Shown here in pieces: positions 40,880-52,335 of a DNA stretch of 64,000 nucleotides. The notes under the pieces were generated by a model. The model saw nothing but the letters and a program-made list of their open reading frames with translations, had not been told where the DNA came from and searched no databases. Position numbers and translations under genes: made by a program. Origin of the DNA: Sphyrna mokarran (lineage: Eukaryota); contig JAGIQG010000002.1 in the NCBI GenBank assembly GCA_024679065.1, positions 121,024,001-121,088,000 on the forward strand, given 5' to 3'. How positions within the stretch are numbered: the first letter of the stretch is position 1; every line of letters starts with the position of its first letter.

Positions 40880-42110
40880 CCCACATATGGAGGGCTTTTC
40901 CTAGAAGGAGAGGTTGAGCAGGTTGGGCCTATACTTATTGGAGTTTAGAAGAATAAGAGGTGACCTTATTGAGACATATCGGATTCTCAAGGGGCTTGAC
41001 AAGATAGATGCTGAGAGATTGTTTCCCTTGTAGCAGACTCTAGAACCAGATGACATAATCTCTCAGAATAAGGGGTCATTCTATTTAAGACAGTGATGAA
41101 GAGGAATTTCTTCGGTCAGAAGATGATGAATCTGTGGAATTCTTTCCCCCAAAGGGATGTTGAAGTTGATTTATTAAGTATGTTCAAGGCTGAGATAGAC
41201 AGATTTTTAATCAGTAAAGAAATCAGGAGTTATGGGGATAAGGCAAGAAAGTGGAGTTTAGGATTATCATATCAGATCAGTTATGAGCTTGCTGAATGGT
41301 GGGACAAACTCAGTGGGCTGAATGAATTACTTTTGAACAAAGAACAAAGAACAAAGAACAACACAGCACCCAACGAGCCCGCGCCACCGTCCTAACGTCT
41401 TAATGACATATAGGGACCAATTTGTTACCCAATCAGCCTAAGAGCACATTTTTGGGATGTGGGAGGAAACCGGAGCACCCGGAGAAAACCCACGCAACCA
41501 CGGGGAGAACGCGCAAACTCCCGCAGACACAGGCCCAAATCCATGTGTCTGCACAGCAACAGCGACAGTCCCTGAGCTGTCATGGTGCCCATCAGATGGT
41601 CCAGTATAAGCATACACTAACGACGTGAAGCACTAGGCCACTCCTGAAGCAACACCCAAGAGCAGCTCTCGCACGACCTGCCGCATGCATGCCCTTGTTG
41701 GTCAACAAGGTGGACCAAACATCCTGTGGAAACAAATAGGATATTTAAACAGTCCTACTATATCCCTCTATCTGCAGACCACTCATGTGGCTGTCCAAGA
41801 GACCCTTAAACAACCCTAGCGTGCCTGCTCCCACCATCTTACTCGGTAGTGCATTCCACACCCCCACTACCCTTTGTGTGAAAAACTGCCCTCTAATATT
41901 CGTCTTATACATAGCCCCCCTCACCCTAAGGCCGTGACCCCTTGTTCTATCCTTTTCTAATGGTGGAAAAAGCTTACCACTATTTACTCTATCTATACCC
42001 CTCATAATCTTATATACTTCTAATAGATCCCCTCTCAGCTGACGTCTTTCAAGGGAAAACAACCCCAGTGTGTTCAATCTTTCTTTTGCTGTTACATCTT
42101 ATGGTCTTAG
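40880..42110 (+). mobile_element. CR1 3' fragment hosting the chimeric element
   Basis: RNFFGQKMMNLWNSFP ORF2 end. The tail is split at 41335/42083 (GGGCTGAATGAATTACTTTTG | CTTTTGCTGTTACATCTTATGGTCTTAG). Confidence 0.85.
41336..42082 (-). mobile_element. Chimeric CR1/V-SINE element, copy 2
   Basis: ORF2 C-terminus 41745-42077 (LGLFSLERRQLRGDL...FFTQRVVGVWNALP), spacer, V-SINE block and (TTCTTTG)n tail, all between CTTTTG direct repeats (41330-41335, 42083-42088). Confidence 0.9.
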
Positions 42111-42616
42111 AGTTTAACACTTAGCGTTTTGGGTTTTTGAAAGTTAAAGAGTTAAAAAACAATGAAACTAGGGGTATCTGAAGACAGAGCCAGCTAAAGG
42201 AGCTGAAAGGCCTCCTCCTAGTCCTGTTTCTTAAGCTCTAACAGAAGGATAAAAATTCTAAATTTTTATCCTGCCAGACAGGGAGTATAGAGGTAAAGAG
42301 CAAAGAGACTACAGAGTGAAGATTACACTTAGGTTTATGGAGGTTGATGGGGAGGCAATTAAGTGAGTTTTATTTTTAGTCAAACGCAGAGACAACAGAA
42401 GCTTGCGTCTCAGCAGCAGATAGACTGAGGCAGGAATAAAGATAAAGGTGGGCAAAGAAATTCATAATCCACAACTTTCTCTTTTACAAAAAATACACAA
42501 CAGAATATCAGTAAATGACAGAGTAAAAAAGCAACATTTAAAAGTAACCATATTATTAGAGTTTGATGAGCTGGGTAATCACCTTTCGCCAACTTAATTA
42601 AAGTATCAAAATACTA

Positions 42617-42918
42617 AAGTGGCACAGTAGTTAGTACTGCCGCTTCACAGCGCCAGGGACCCAAGTTCAATTCCCGATTCAGGTCACTGACTGTGTGGAG
42701 TCTGCATGTTTTCACTGTATCTGCGTGGGTTTCCTTTGGGTGCTTCCGGTTTTCTCCCACAGCTTGAAAGACACACTGATTAGGTGCATTGGCCACGTTA
42801 AATTCTCTCCCAGTAAACTCGAACAGGCGCTGGAATGTGGCAACTAGGGGATTTTCACAGTAACTTCATTGCAGTGTTAATGTAAATCTACTTGTGACAC
42901 TAATAAATAAATTTAAAA
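42617..42918 (+). mobile_element. V-SINE with alternative tail
   Basis: A/B-box head GTGGCACAGTAGTTAG...GTTCAATTCCC, V-domain, and tail CACAGTAACTTCATTGCAGTGTTAATGTAAATCTACTTGTGACACTAATAAATAAA. Confidence 0.85.
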
Positions 42919-43199
42919 ACCTTTGTAAAGTTGTAAATCAGGAATTCGGGGAGATTGAGACCTTTCTAAATTACAGTCCTTGGATAATATGGGGACAAGT
43001 ACCCTCACTTAAACTGACCTATAGCCCAGAAATGGACTGGGTGACAGACTGAAATTGCGTTATTGTTTTTTAAATGCTGTTTTCAGCCTGGCAGTGTCTT
43101 AAAGTGGGAGATGCTCCTATGGAGACAGGTTTGGTGTTTGTCTGTGGGGGGAGGAGGGGGGAGGGAAATAAAAAGAAACACGAGTCAATTAAAAGAAAG

Positions 43200-43530
43200 G
43201 GAGAGAATACGCCGCCAGGAACAGATGGGCTCTGCTCACCTGAGCTGGCAGCCCGCCGCCGACTGCCTTCCCCCAGGTGAACTGGCACGTGCCGCGCCTT
43301 ACCTGCTCGCCCCGCCCCGCCCCGCCCCGCCCCGCGCGCTCCGCACCTGTCGCCCTCTCTCGCACTGCACGCGCCCCTTTGATGGGCAGGCCCTCGCGTC
43401 AGCTGCTGCTGGGCGGCTTGTGCCTCTCTCACTCACTCCTCACACACGCACACACACAGCGAGCAACAGTTCAACACCAGAGCAGCCAGCAACGCCCATC
43501 AAAGGCTGGCATTGTCTGTCAACCTTCCCT
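43200..43530. promoter_or_regulatory. Small CpG island / candidate Wnt-responsive enhancer or lncRNA promoter
   Basis: GGCACGTGCC 43284-43293, tandem CCCGCC GC boxes 43307-43335, inverted TCF/LEF pair 43376-43387 and 43494-43505. Confidence 0.6.
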
Positions 43531-43544
43531 ATTTCACTGGGCTC

Positions 43545-43612
43545 TTTTCACAGTAACTCCATTACCGTGTTAATGTAAACCTACTGGTGACACCAATAAA
43601 TAAACTTTAAAT
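43545..43612 (+). mobile_element. Isolated alternative SINE tail
   Basis: TTTCACAGTAACTCCATTACCGTGTTAATGTAAACCTACTGGTGACACCAATAAATAAAC, near-identical to 42853-42912. Confidence 0.8.
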
Positions 43613-45629
43613 TTAATTTGAGCAAATGATCTTTAATTTGTTTAGGGGTTGAATTAGAACAACAACCCAGGAGACATTTGTTTCCTGAATAGAGAAATAG
43701 ACTCGGTTTATGAAACTGCTGCTTAGATTCTACCCCCGATTACTAAGTGTTTTTTTTGCGTGGCTACATCTTATTTCGGAATGATACAACTTTTTCTCAA
43801 GAGGTTATCTACGACAGCCAGAGGTCACTCAAAATAAAAACGTCTGCAGCGAATTACTGAACGACAGCATCTGACCATGCTCTCTGGTCTGCATTTACCT
43901 GCTTGCCAGGATTAATGTGTAAACTGCCCCGAGCTGGCCCTGTCTTCATACCCTAAACTGCTTCAGTGCAACCCGATTTACTGGAGTTTCTGGCAGCTTG
44001 ACATTTCTTTAAAATTATGCTATTTTATTATGGTGATGTAGGGGCGGGGGGGGCATGTGTTGCAAACAGGTGTTGTGAATGTTTTCTTTTAAAGTTAGCC
44101 CCCGAACTATGGTTCAATTCCACCCCTCCCCTTGACATTTTGTTTTTTTGTTTAAATTCAATATTCCAGAATTTACATTTCTACGTGTAACGTGAGTGCA
44201 TTTTGCAATCACACTACCCCAATTTGCCGGAGCCAGCATTAGGTTACTTGGCATGGAAGAGATCTGAGTTTCAGGGTTGAATCAATTTGTTCCTGGGTCC
44301 CTGGGGCTCGGTGGGGTCGGGAGGTGGTGAGGAAGTGTGGGGGAGGAGGTGGTTGGTGTGCAGGGAGAGGCTGTTCCTTGCTTGCTAATTGCTAGATTGG
44401 TTGGAGGTCATTGCCCTGTCTGTCTGTGGATATGTCACTGTTAACTGATCAGCAGAGGAGGGCGGTGCTGATGGAGTTTTCGGGAAAATAGACTATTCTC
44501 CTTAAAGGTCTTTCGTTATTCTGGCGCTCGCAATGCCCTCCTTTAACGCTTTTGCCAGCGGAATCCGTTCCTCTTTGTGGATGCCAAGTCCTGCCTGGGG
44601 CAAATTCTACTGATCTTTCAGACGTTTTAACGACAGCTACAATACTTCATGCAGGCACTTTCATGAACCATTGAGCAGGTTTTATCCCTGCAACACAGAT
44701 CTCCCTGATGTAAAAATATATACTTAAAAAAATTGGTAGAGTTCAGTAATCGAATATAGATGTTTACTTGCTTCTAGAAACCCCCTAAACAGGGTTTCCG
44801 GTTTGTTTTAATCCACTGGGTATGCAGTTACACGTGTGTGTGTGGTCCAAAATAGTGTTGTTGCTCCAGACTTTAGAAAGAGATCACCTGCTTCAATTTG
44901 GCCGGCTACAGCTGGGGTAGCTTGTTGGAAGTGGGGGAGGATTGGGTGGGAAGAAGTTGGCATGCGACAACTTGGCGAACTGCGAAATTCTGAAATGTGC
45001 TACATCTGCAATAAGAATCGTCCTCTGATTAAATGAGAGGTTTTAAAATCTTCACACGAATGCGATTTTTTGACAATTTTTTATTGAAGAGGGAGTGCTT
45101 TTTGTAAGTGATTTGATTTGCTTTGATTTACTATTGTCACATGAATCAGTATGCCGTGAAAAATATTGTTTCTTGCATGCTATACAGACAAAGCTTACCA
45201 TTCATTGAGAAGGAAAGGAGAGGGTGCAAAATGTAAAAGCATATAACAGGAGTAAACGATAGACTTAGAGGATATGCTGGGCACAGCTTGCAAGAAATTG
45301 CCATGCTCTGGTGCCATCTTGAGCAGCTATTTGCAGAATATTATTAAGAGAAATAGAGTGTAAGCAGGAAATTAGATTGCACTTGATTGAAAGTTGGTAA
45401 TAAGGAACAGATTCCCAGAATCTTACAGCATCAAATAGGTCATTCAGTCCATTTTCCTTGTTCCAGCTTTTTGAAAGAGCTGTCCAATTTAGTCTCACAC
45501 CACAGTTCCCATGCACTCCCCACCCCCCGCCCCACCACAACCCTACAAATTATTTATTTTCAGGCCTAAATCTTGACATTTGATAGCTCCTGCTTCCACC
45601 ACTCTTACAGGTAATGGATTCTAAGGTTT

Positions 45630-45860
45630 TTTGTGCACTAATGGGATGTGGCTTCATTGGTAAGGCAAAAATTTATTGCCCATCCCTAATTGCCTTTGGG
45701 AAGAAGGTGGTGTTTTGATATAACTGAGTGGCTTGCTAGGCCATTTCGGAGGGCATTTAGGTGTCAGCCACATTGTTGTTGATTGGGAGTCACATGTAGG
45801 CCAGACCAGAGAAGGATGGCAGATTTGCTTCCCTGAAGGGCATTAGTGAACCTACAGCGG
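45630..45860 (-). mobile_element. tRNA-SINE 3' part (non-V family)
   Basis: GAGTGGCTTGCTAGGCCATTTCGGAGGGC...CATTAGTGAACC, shared with 8185-8570 and 14300-14960. Confidence 0.7.
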
Positions 45861-46960
45861 CATGAAAAAAAGTCTCTTAAATTTCTGTTCTATCGCCAAT
45901 TATGTTACACAAATCGCCAGTTTGTGACCTTTGGCTACAACCCTTTTGACAGAGGAAACTGTTACTACTCATTTGAACAAAATCACTCATAATTTTGATT
46001 ACTTCTTTTAGGGGTTTCCTTATTCTTTTCTTTTCTGAACAAGACAATTCCAGATTCTCCATACTCTTTGCATAACGAATATCTATGTTACTATTCTGAT
46101 AGAACTCATCTGTATCCTCTCCAAGGCCTTGACATCCATCCTAAAGTGTGGTACCCAGAATTGTACGTAATATTTCAACTTAGGTCCAGCCAGTAATTTG
46201 TAAAATTTTAACATAAGATACTTGTTTTTGTATTCAATGCTCCTTCCCACTTTCACAAAATCAAGGACCCCGAACACTTACCAATGTTGCCTTACCAATG
46301 TGCCCTGCAACCTTCTAAACATTGTGATTCAGTATTGGCAGGTCACTGTTCTTTCACCCAGTTTGTGACCTTTGGCTACAACCCTTTTGACAGAGGAAAC
46401 TGTTACTACTCATTTGAACAAAATCACTCATAATTTTGATTACTTCTTTTAGGGGTTTCCTTATTCTTTTCTTTTCTGAACAAGACAATTCCAGATTCTC
46501 CATACTCTTTGCATAACGAATATCTATGTTACTATTCTGATAGAACTCATCTGTATCCTCTCCAAGGCCTTGACATCCATCCTAAAGTGTGGTACCCAGA
46601 ATTGTACGTAATATTTCAACTTAGGTCCAGCCAGTAATTTGTAAAATTTTAACATAAGATACTTGTTTTTGTATTCAATGCTCCTTCCCACTTTCACAAA
46701 ATCAAGGACCCCGAACACTTACCAATGTTGCCTTACCAATGTGCCCTGCAACCTTCTAAACATTGTGATTCAGTATTGGCAGGTCACTGTTCTTTCACCC
46801 TCCATTAAAATAGTACCACTTAGATTAGAATACCTCTACATGGTGTTCCTCCTAGGCATCTTGATCAGCACAGATTTGGAAGGCTGAAGGGCCTGTTCCT
46901 GTGCTGTACTTTTCTTTGTTCCTAAAGTGATCACTTCATACTTTTTTTAATTGCCTCTGC
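45860..46960 (-). mobile_element. Decayed CR1 fragment containing a tandem duplication
   Basis: Antisense ORFs IEYKNKYLMLKFYKLLAGPKLKYYVQFWVPHFRMDVKALERIQ at 46083-46277 and 46524-46718. Confidence 0.85.
45917..46800. repeat. Exact 441-bp tandem duplication
   Basis: 45917-46359 equals 46358-46800 by eye, with 2-bp CC microhomology at the junction. The two predicted ORFs are identical and offset by 441. Confidence 0.95.
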
Positions 46961-46964
46961 CAGA

Positions 46965-47430
46965 TGTATGACAGCTTGGTATAATTCCTGATCTGACCAA
47001 GACTGTGAGAAACTATACAGCATTGTGAACATAGCCCAGTCCATCACGCAAACCAGCCTCACATCAACTGAACCTGTCCATACTTCACCTGCCTTGGAAA
47101 AGCAGCTAGCATGAACCAGGACTCACGTACCTTGGACATACTCTCTTCCACCTTCTAATGTCGGGAAAAGGACACAAACATCTGAAAACACATACCAACT
47201 GACTCAAGAACAGCTTCTTCCCTGTCACCATCAGACTTTTGAATGGACCTACCATATATTAGCTGATCTTTCTCTATACTCTATGTATGACTAGAATGCC
47301 ATACTCTGCACTGTCTCCTTTCTTTCTCCTGTATGTACTTTATGAACGCAATCTTTTGGTCTATATAGTGTACAAGAAAGAATACTTTTCACTGAATCCC
47401 AATACATATGACAATAATAAATCAAATCAC
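46965..47430 (+). mobile_element. Rex1/Babar LINE 3' fragment
   Basis: Degenerate LPSG.R...T.RLKNSFFP..IRLLN coding (CTCAAGAACAGCTTCTTCCCTGTCACCATCAGACTTTTGAAT) and AATAAATCAAATC tail. Reverse tails at ~24885-24940 and ~45110-45260. Confidence 0.75.
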
Positions 47431-47544
47431 AATTGCCAATATCAGAAGTATGCTACTACTCTGTTATTTAGCACATTTGCCAAGTTTTGTATTGTCTGCA
47501 AATTGTGAAGTTGTACTCCCTGTAGCGAAGCTCAGGTTATTTAT

Positions 47545-47810
47545 ACAGGAACGTTGTAAAAAAGGAACCGGAGTTGGCCCTTTGGCCCATTGGGCCTGCT
47601 CCATTGTTCAATACTTGAATGGCACTTTCCTGCACTAGACCTATATCTTTTAATGTCATTAGTCTCCTCTATATCAGGGAATTTCAAAGATTCACCACTC
47701 TCTGAGTGAAAAAGGACTCTGCATCTCAGACTTAAATGGCCTACTCCTGATATTGCTAGTTTTAGACTCACTAACTAGAGGAAACATCTATATCCACCCT
47801 GTCACACCCA
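47545..47810 (-). mobile_element. CR1 3' end remnant
   Basis: GGCCCTTTGGCCC tail and AAAGATTCACCACTCTCTGAGTGAAAAA. Confidence 0.65.
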
Positions 47811-47979
47811 AAAAGAATATGATAGCACATTTATGTGCTGCAATGCTCTACAATTACCAAGGCAAGGTTTCTAATTTTGATGAAGATTCTTACTAGTTCT
47901 TGATGATACCATAGGGTGTTACTCTGGTGGGACTTTGTACCGTTTGTCCCATTGCAGAATTCATCTAGACTGATAGGAC

Positions 47980-48275
47980 CTGTGCAGCACTGAGAGAGTA
48001 CTGCATTGTCAGAGGCATGTTGATATTATATATCAACTCCAGACAAAACATTCCATGGTGCTATTTTGAAGAACAATAACATCTGGGCAATACTTTTCAG
48101 GTTATTTGCCCATTATCGTATTGCTGATTGTGTGAACTTGCAGTGCGCAAATCGGCTGCCTTGCTTCGTACGTTACAACAGTGAATGTGCCTCAAAGAGT
48201 ATTCCATCAGTGGTAAAGCGCTTTGGAATATCCTAAGGTTGTGAAAAGCTCGCCATAAATGCAAATTGTTGCAAT
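47980..48275 (+). mobile_element. Deu-domain (SacSINE1/AmnSINE1-like) SINE
   Basis: GCACTGAGAGAGTACTGCATTGTCAGAGG...CTTGCAGTGCGCAAATCGGCTGCC...GTAAAGCGCTTTGG...ATAAATGCAA. Confidence 0.7.
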
Positions 48276-50699
48276 CCTCTTTAACCAACATCTCGAAAAA
48301 ACAGATTATATTGTGATCGCAATGTTGTTTGTGTGGTCAAATTGGCTGTCACCTTTCCTCCTTTAAACCAGCGTGCATGCTTCTTTGGCTGTGGAGTGCT
48401 TTGCGATAGTCCGAGGATTTAAAAGGTAACTCTTTCATTACGACTCGTTTTAATCCCAGTTTTGATGAGAGTATCCTATTTTTACACTCCTCCGCTACCA
48501 TATTCTCCACCGTGACATTTAAATCACGGTGATTTAAATCGTGAAGTCGAGTGACTTCACGATTATGAACTGAATCGACGATGAACTGAAATCGAAGTTG
48601 AATCGAATAAAGACTGGTCAGACGCCGAATGCGCTCCATTTCTAACAAATAACTTCCAACAATCGCATTGTTTTTTTCTCTCGGTGTCGGTTTCATACAG
48701 TCTTCATCGCCCTGTTTGATCTATGCATCTCTGATTAATGTTGCCAACCACATTTCCCACAATGAGATGGCATTTAACAAAGGCCTTTGAAGAAATTCGG
48801 CTCCTCTTTGCGACCTGTGAGCTCCTCTGACAATGGGCCGAAGACCTAAGACCCTAACCCTGAGTACATCCAGCACATTCTGATCGATTTTAGATTCTGT
48901 TCGACGTGTTGCTAACCACATTTTTAGTGAGATTATATGAACTAGACAAGCTATGCGATAAATAAAGCCTGGATATATTGGTTCACACACTGTGTAAACC
49001 TATGAACGTGAGTCAATTCAAATCAGAGCATGTATTTCTCACACCCTGCCCACCATTTGAGATTGTACACTAAACCCTGGAGGACCTGTCGTAGTTCAGG
49101 AGCGTTGTATTTTGTGCGGATCATTGGACCCACTTGATTCTAATATTAACAAATGTCTCCCCTTACGGCCTTTGTATTAAGGTTGGCAGAGAAGGCCACT
49201 TTCGGTTTACAGATAGGATTGGAAGCGGCAGGGTGCAAAATCTTGTTTGTGGGGCTAGGTTTGGGTAAATAGATCTGTTTTTTCCCGCACCATTGGGAAA
49301 ATGTAACCTCTTCCATGAGGTAGAATCTTCGAATGTGTCTAAATCCTCGTACCTGCTCCACCGAGCTGCACACACACACACGCGCCCCTTTTGAAGCGAG
49401 ACTGTGCACATCAAACAAAGCAAACGGGCGAAACGTTGACTGTAACACAGCGATACAGCATAAATTACAACTCATCGTGTATGTGGAAGGAATAGCAGAC
49501 AAACATAGGAAAATATGGAACTGGCAAAATCCAGTGGAAGCTGCTTTTCTGTTTCGTCGGGAGCACAAGGGATCGCTCGCTCACCTTATTTGCCCCCTTG
49601 CCCGAACCAGGACCCACAGCCGCCTGAGAATATACAGGCGCAGTGCCCCCACCTAGCGTCCTGTATTGGAAGCAACGCATGAAGCATTGAAAGACATGTG
49701 TTCAGCCTCTCCAAAATGTCACATTTTGTTGTGCTTTGCGCATATATACAGTACCGTGCGTAATTTAGTTAGCAAATAGCCTGATTTTTAGCTATGGGAA
49801 ATCAAGTATGTGCACAGTGGATGGACGTTTGTTTGTTAGAATTGTAATACTGGGTGATTGTTTTAACGGGGTACCATACATACTAATCTAAAACTGCCAA
49901 TAACATGACATATTATGCATATTTTCGACGACAGGGAGAAAATCATTATTTTATTATTCATTATTTTAGATGTTGCGATAAAAAAGTATTCAGCTTGTTG
50001 TCACCACTGTGCTGCTCCCATAACACTTCCAACAGCTTTCGTTTTAGCCGAACCTATTCTTACACATCCAGTACCTTGTTTTTTTCATCCTACAACTGTC
50101 AATACGGTAGAAGGTGGTCGCCACCCGAATGTGTTTGACGCGCCTCTTTCACCATGCCCAGCCCACATGATGTGCTTCTTATGTCGCGGCCAGCGTTCAT
50201 CCATTTCTCCAGTGGGGTGGAAATGAATAAACCCACAAATGTCGAAGGCAAAGAAGCCTTCATTATTTTTCATTTGATTCATGTAACATAGCACTGTGCT
50301 GCCGAAATGAATCCTGTGCGCGGAAGGGGAGACGTGCGCGGATAAAAAGGCGCACACACCCACACATGTACACATAGAGAGAAAAAAAACTCTCAGTAAT
50401 ATTTTGTGAATTAGCTTCATTCACAGTAGTCTGGCATTCTCGCCGGCGTGAAACTGCAGCGAATCAATCCATCCATACAGTTTCGTGTCAATTGCCCGAA
50501 ACTTACAGCATCAGTCGACTAGCTGCTGGGGTGCGAATGTGTGTGCGAGACACACAGACAGAGAACACTGTGCGTGTGAGTGAGATATAGCACCAGTAAA
50601 GGATTCAGCTGGGTGCTTGATGGGTGTCTGAGTCAGTGGAAATGCCAGTATGGGGAGAAAACGGAAAGGCAGAGTACGGCTTCAACTGAATGCTAACGC

Positions 50700-52335
50700 G
50701 GAGGGAAGGGAGGTGGGGTAGGGAAGGAGAGAGGAGAGGAGCGCTAGTGAAGGATGGAGGGGAGGAAAGGGAGGGGGGGAAGGTCACGAAGGGAAAGGTG
50801 GAGTGGATGGATGGTGCAAAGTGCTCTTGCAGCCACTTAACTTAACCACTTTAAGTTGGTGGGGAGGGAGGGGACGAGGGGTAGTGGATTGGGGGATGGG
50901 CAGGGGTGGTGGATAGAAGGTAATGGCTGGGTAAGTGCATTTGCACTTGATAGGGAGGAAGTGAAAGTTAGGGAGGGAGGAGAGGAGGGATATTGGAGGA
51001 TGGAGTGAAGGGTAGGGAGGTGAGGATAGTGAATGGGGATAGCAGTACTCTACAGCATGGACCCCTTTAAATTGGTAGGTGGATAGTGGATGAGGGAGTA
51101 TCAGATTGAGGTTAGTGCCCGGAGGGGTGGGGGTAGCAGTGCTCTTGCAGACATTCTCCCTTTAAGCTGGTAGATGGATAGGGGGTAAGAGAGAGGGAGT
51201 AGTGGATTGGGGTTAGTACCGGGGGGAGGGGAGTAGTAGTGCTCTGGGATAGTGCCTGGGAGATGGAGGGATAGCAGTGCTCTGGGGTAGTACGGGGGGT
51301 TTGGGGGTAGCAGTGTTCTGCGTAGTGCCTGGAGGCGGGGGGGGGGGGGAGGATAGGAGTGCTTTGGGATAGTGCCGGGGTTGGGGAGGGGGAGTTGGGA
51401 GGTGGGGGGATAGCGATGCTCTAGGGTAGTGCGGCGGGGTTGGGGGTAGCAGCGTTCTGGGGTAGTACCCCTAGGAGGAGGGGATAGCAGTCCTCTGGGT
51501 ACTGCCCGGGGGTGTGTGGGTAACAGTCCTCTGGGTTACTGCCGGGGGGAGGGGGTGTTGGGAGTAGCAGTGCTCTGGAGTAGTGCCGGGAGGGGGAATA
51601 GCAGCCTTCTGGGTACTGCCGGGTGTGTGGGTAACAGTCCTCTGGGTTACTGCCGGGGGGAGGGGGTGTTGGGAGTAGCAGTGCTCTGGAGTAGTGCCGG
51701 GAGGGTTGGAGGGAGCAGCGTTCTGGGGTAGTACCGGGTCGAGAGGATAGCAGTCCTCTGGGTTACTGCCGGGGGTGTGGGGATGTGGGAGTAGCAGCGC
51801 TCTAGAGCAGTACTGGGGAGGGGGGGACAACAGTCTCTGGTTAGTGCCAGGGCGAGTGGGGATGTGGGGTAGCAGCGCTCTGAAGTAGAACTGAGGGAGG
51901 GGGGACAACAGTCCTCTGGGTTAGTGCCAGGGCGAGTGGGGATGTGGGGGTAGCAGCGTTCTGAAGTAGAAGTAGGGGGGGGGGACAGCAGTCCTTTGGG
52001 TTAGTGCCGGGGGGTTGGGGATGTGGGGGTAGCAGCGCTCGGCTAGTGCAGGGGAGGGGGATAGCAGTCCTCTGGGTTAGTGCCTTTGAGGGGGTAGGGG
52101 TAGCAGCGCTCTGGGCTAGTGCAGGGGAGGGGGGATAGCAGTCCTCTGGGTTACTGCCGGCGGGAGTGAGGATGTGGGGGTAGCAGCGCTCTGGGGTAGT
52201 GCAGGGGAGGGGGGGGGGATTGCAGTCCTCTGGGTTACTGCCGGGGGGAGTGGGGATAGCAGCGCTCTGGAGTAGTACTGGGGGATAGCAGTCCTCTGGG
52301 TTAGTGCCTTTGAGGGGGTGGGGTGGTAGCGGCGC
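50700..52335. repeat. G-rich minisatellite upstream of the SOX4 promoter
   Basis: Roughly 30 units of GGG(A/G)TAGCAG(TC/CG/TG)CTCTGGG(T/G)TA(G/C)T(G/A)C separated by G tracts, with higher-order duplications (e.g. 51481-51594 vs 51595-51705). Confidence 0.9.

Noticed and set aside
42617-42680. tRNA genes at A/B-box sequences (also 13630, 32090)
   Set aside because: No complete cloverleaf; each runs directly into a SINE body.
43063-43578. 171-aa ORF and overlapping ORFs
   Set aside because: Non-ATG start, low complexity, spans a CpG island and a SINE tail, no domain signal.
49635-49662. CTCF site (ACGCTAGGTGGGGGCACTG on the minus strand)
   Set aside because: Mismatches at key core positions; cannot be supported without a PWM score or ChIP data.
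51200-52335. CRISPR-like repeat/spacer appearance, and Pro-rich ORFs 51471-51908 and 51841-52599
   Set aside because: The spacers are low-complexity G tracts, the repeats are degenerate, the context is eukaryotic and there are no cas genes. The ORFs are translations of the minisatellite.
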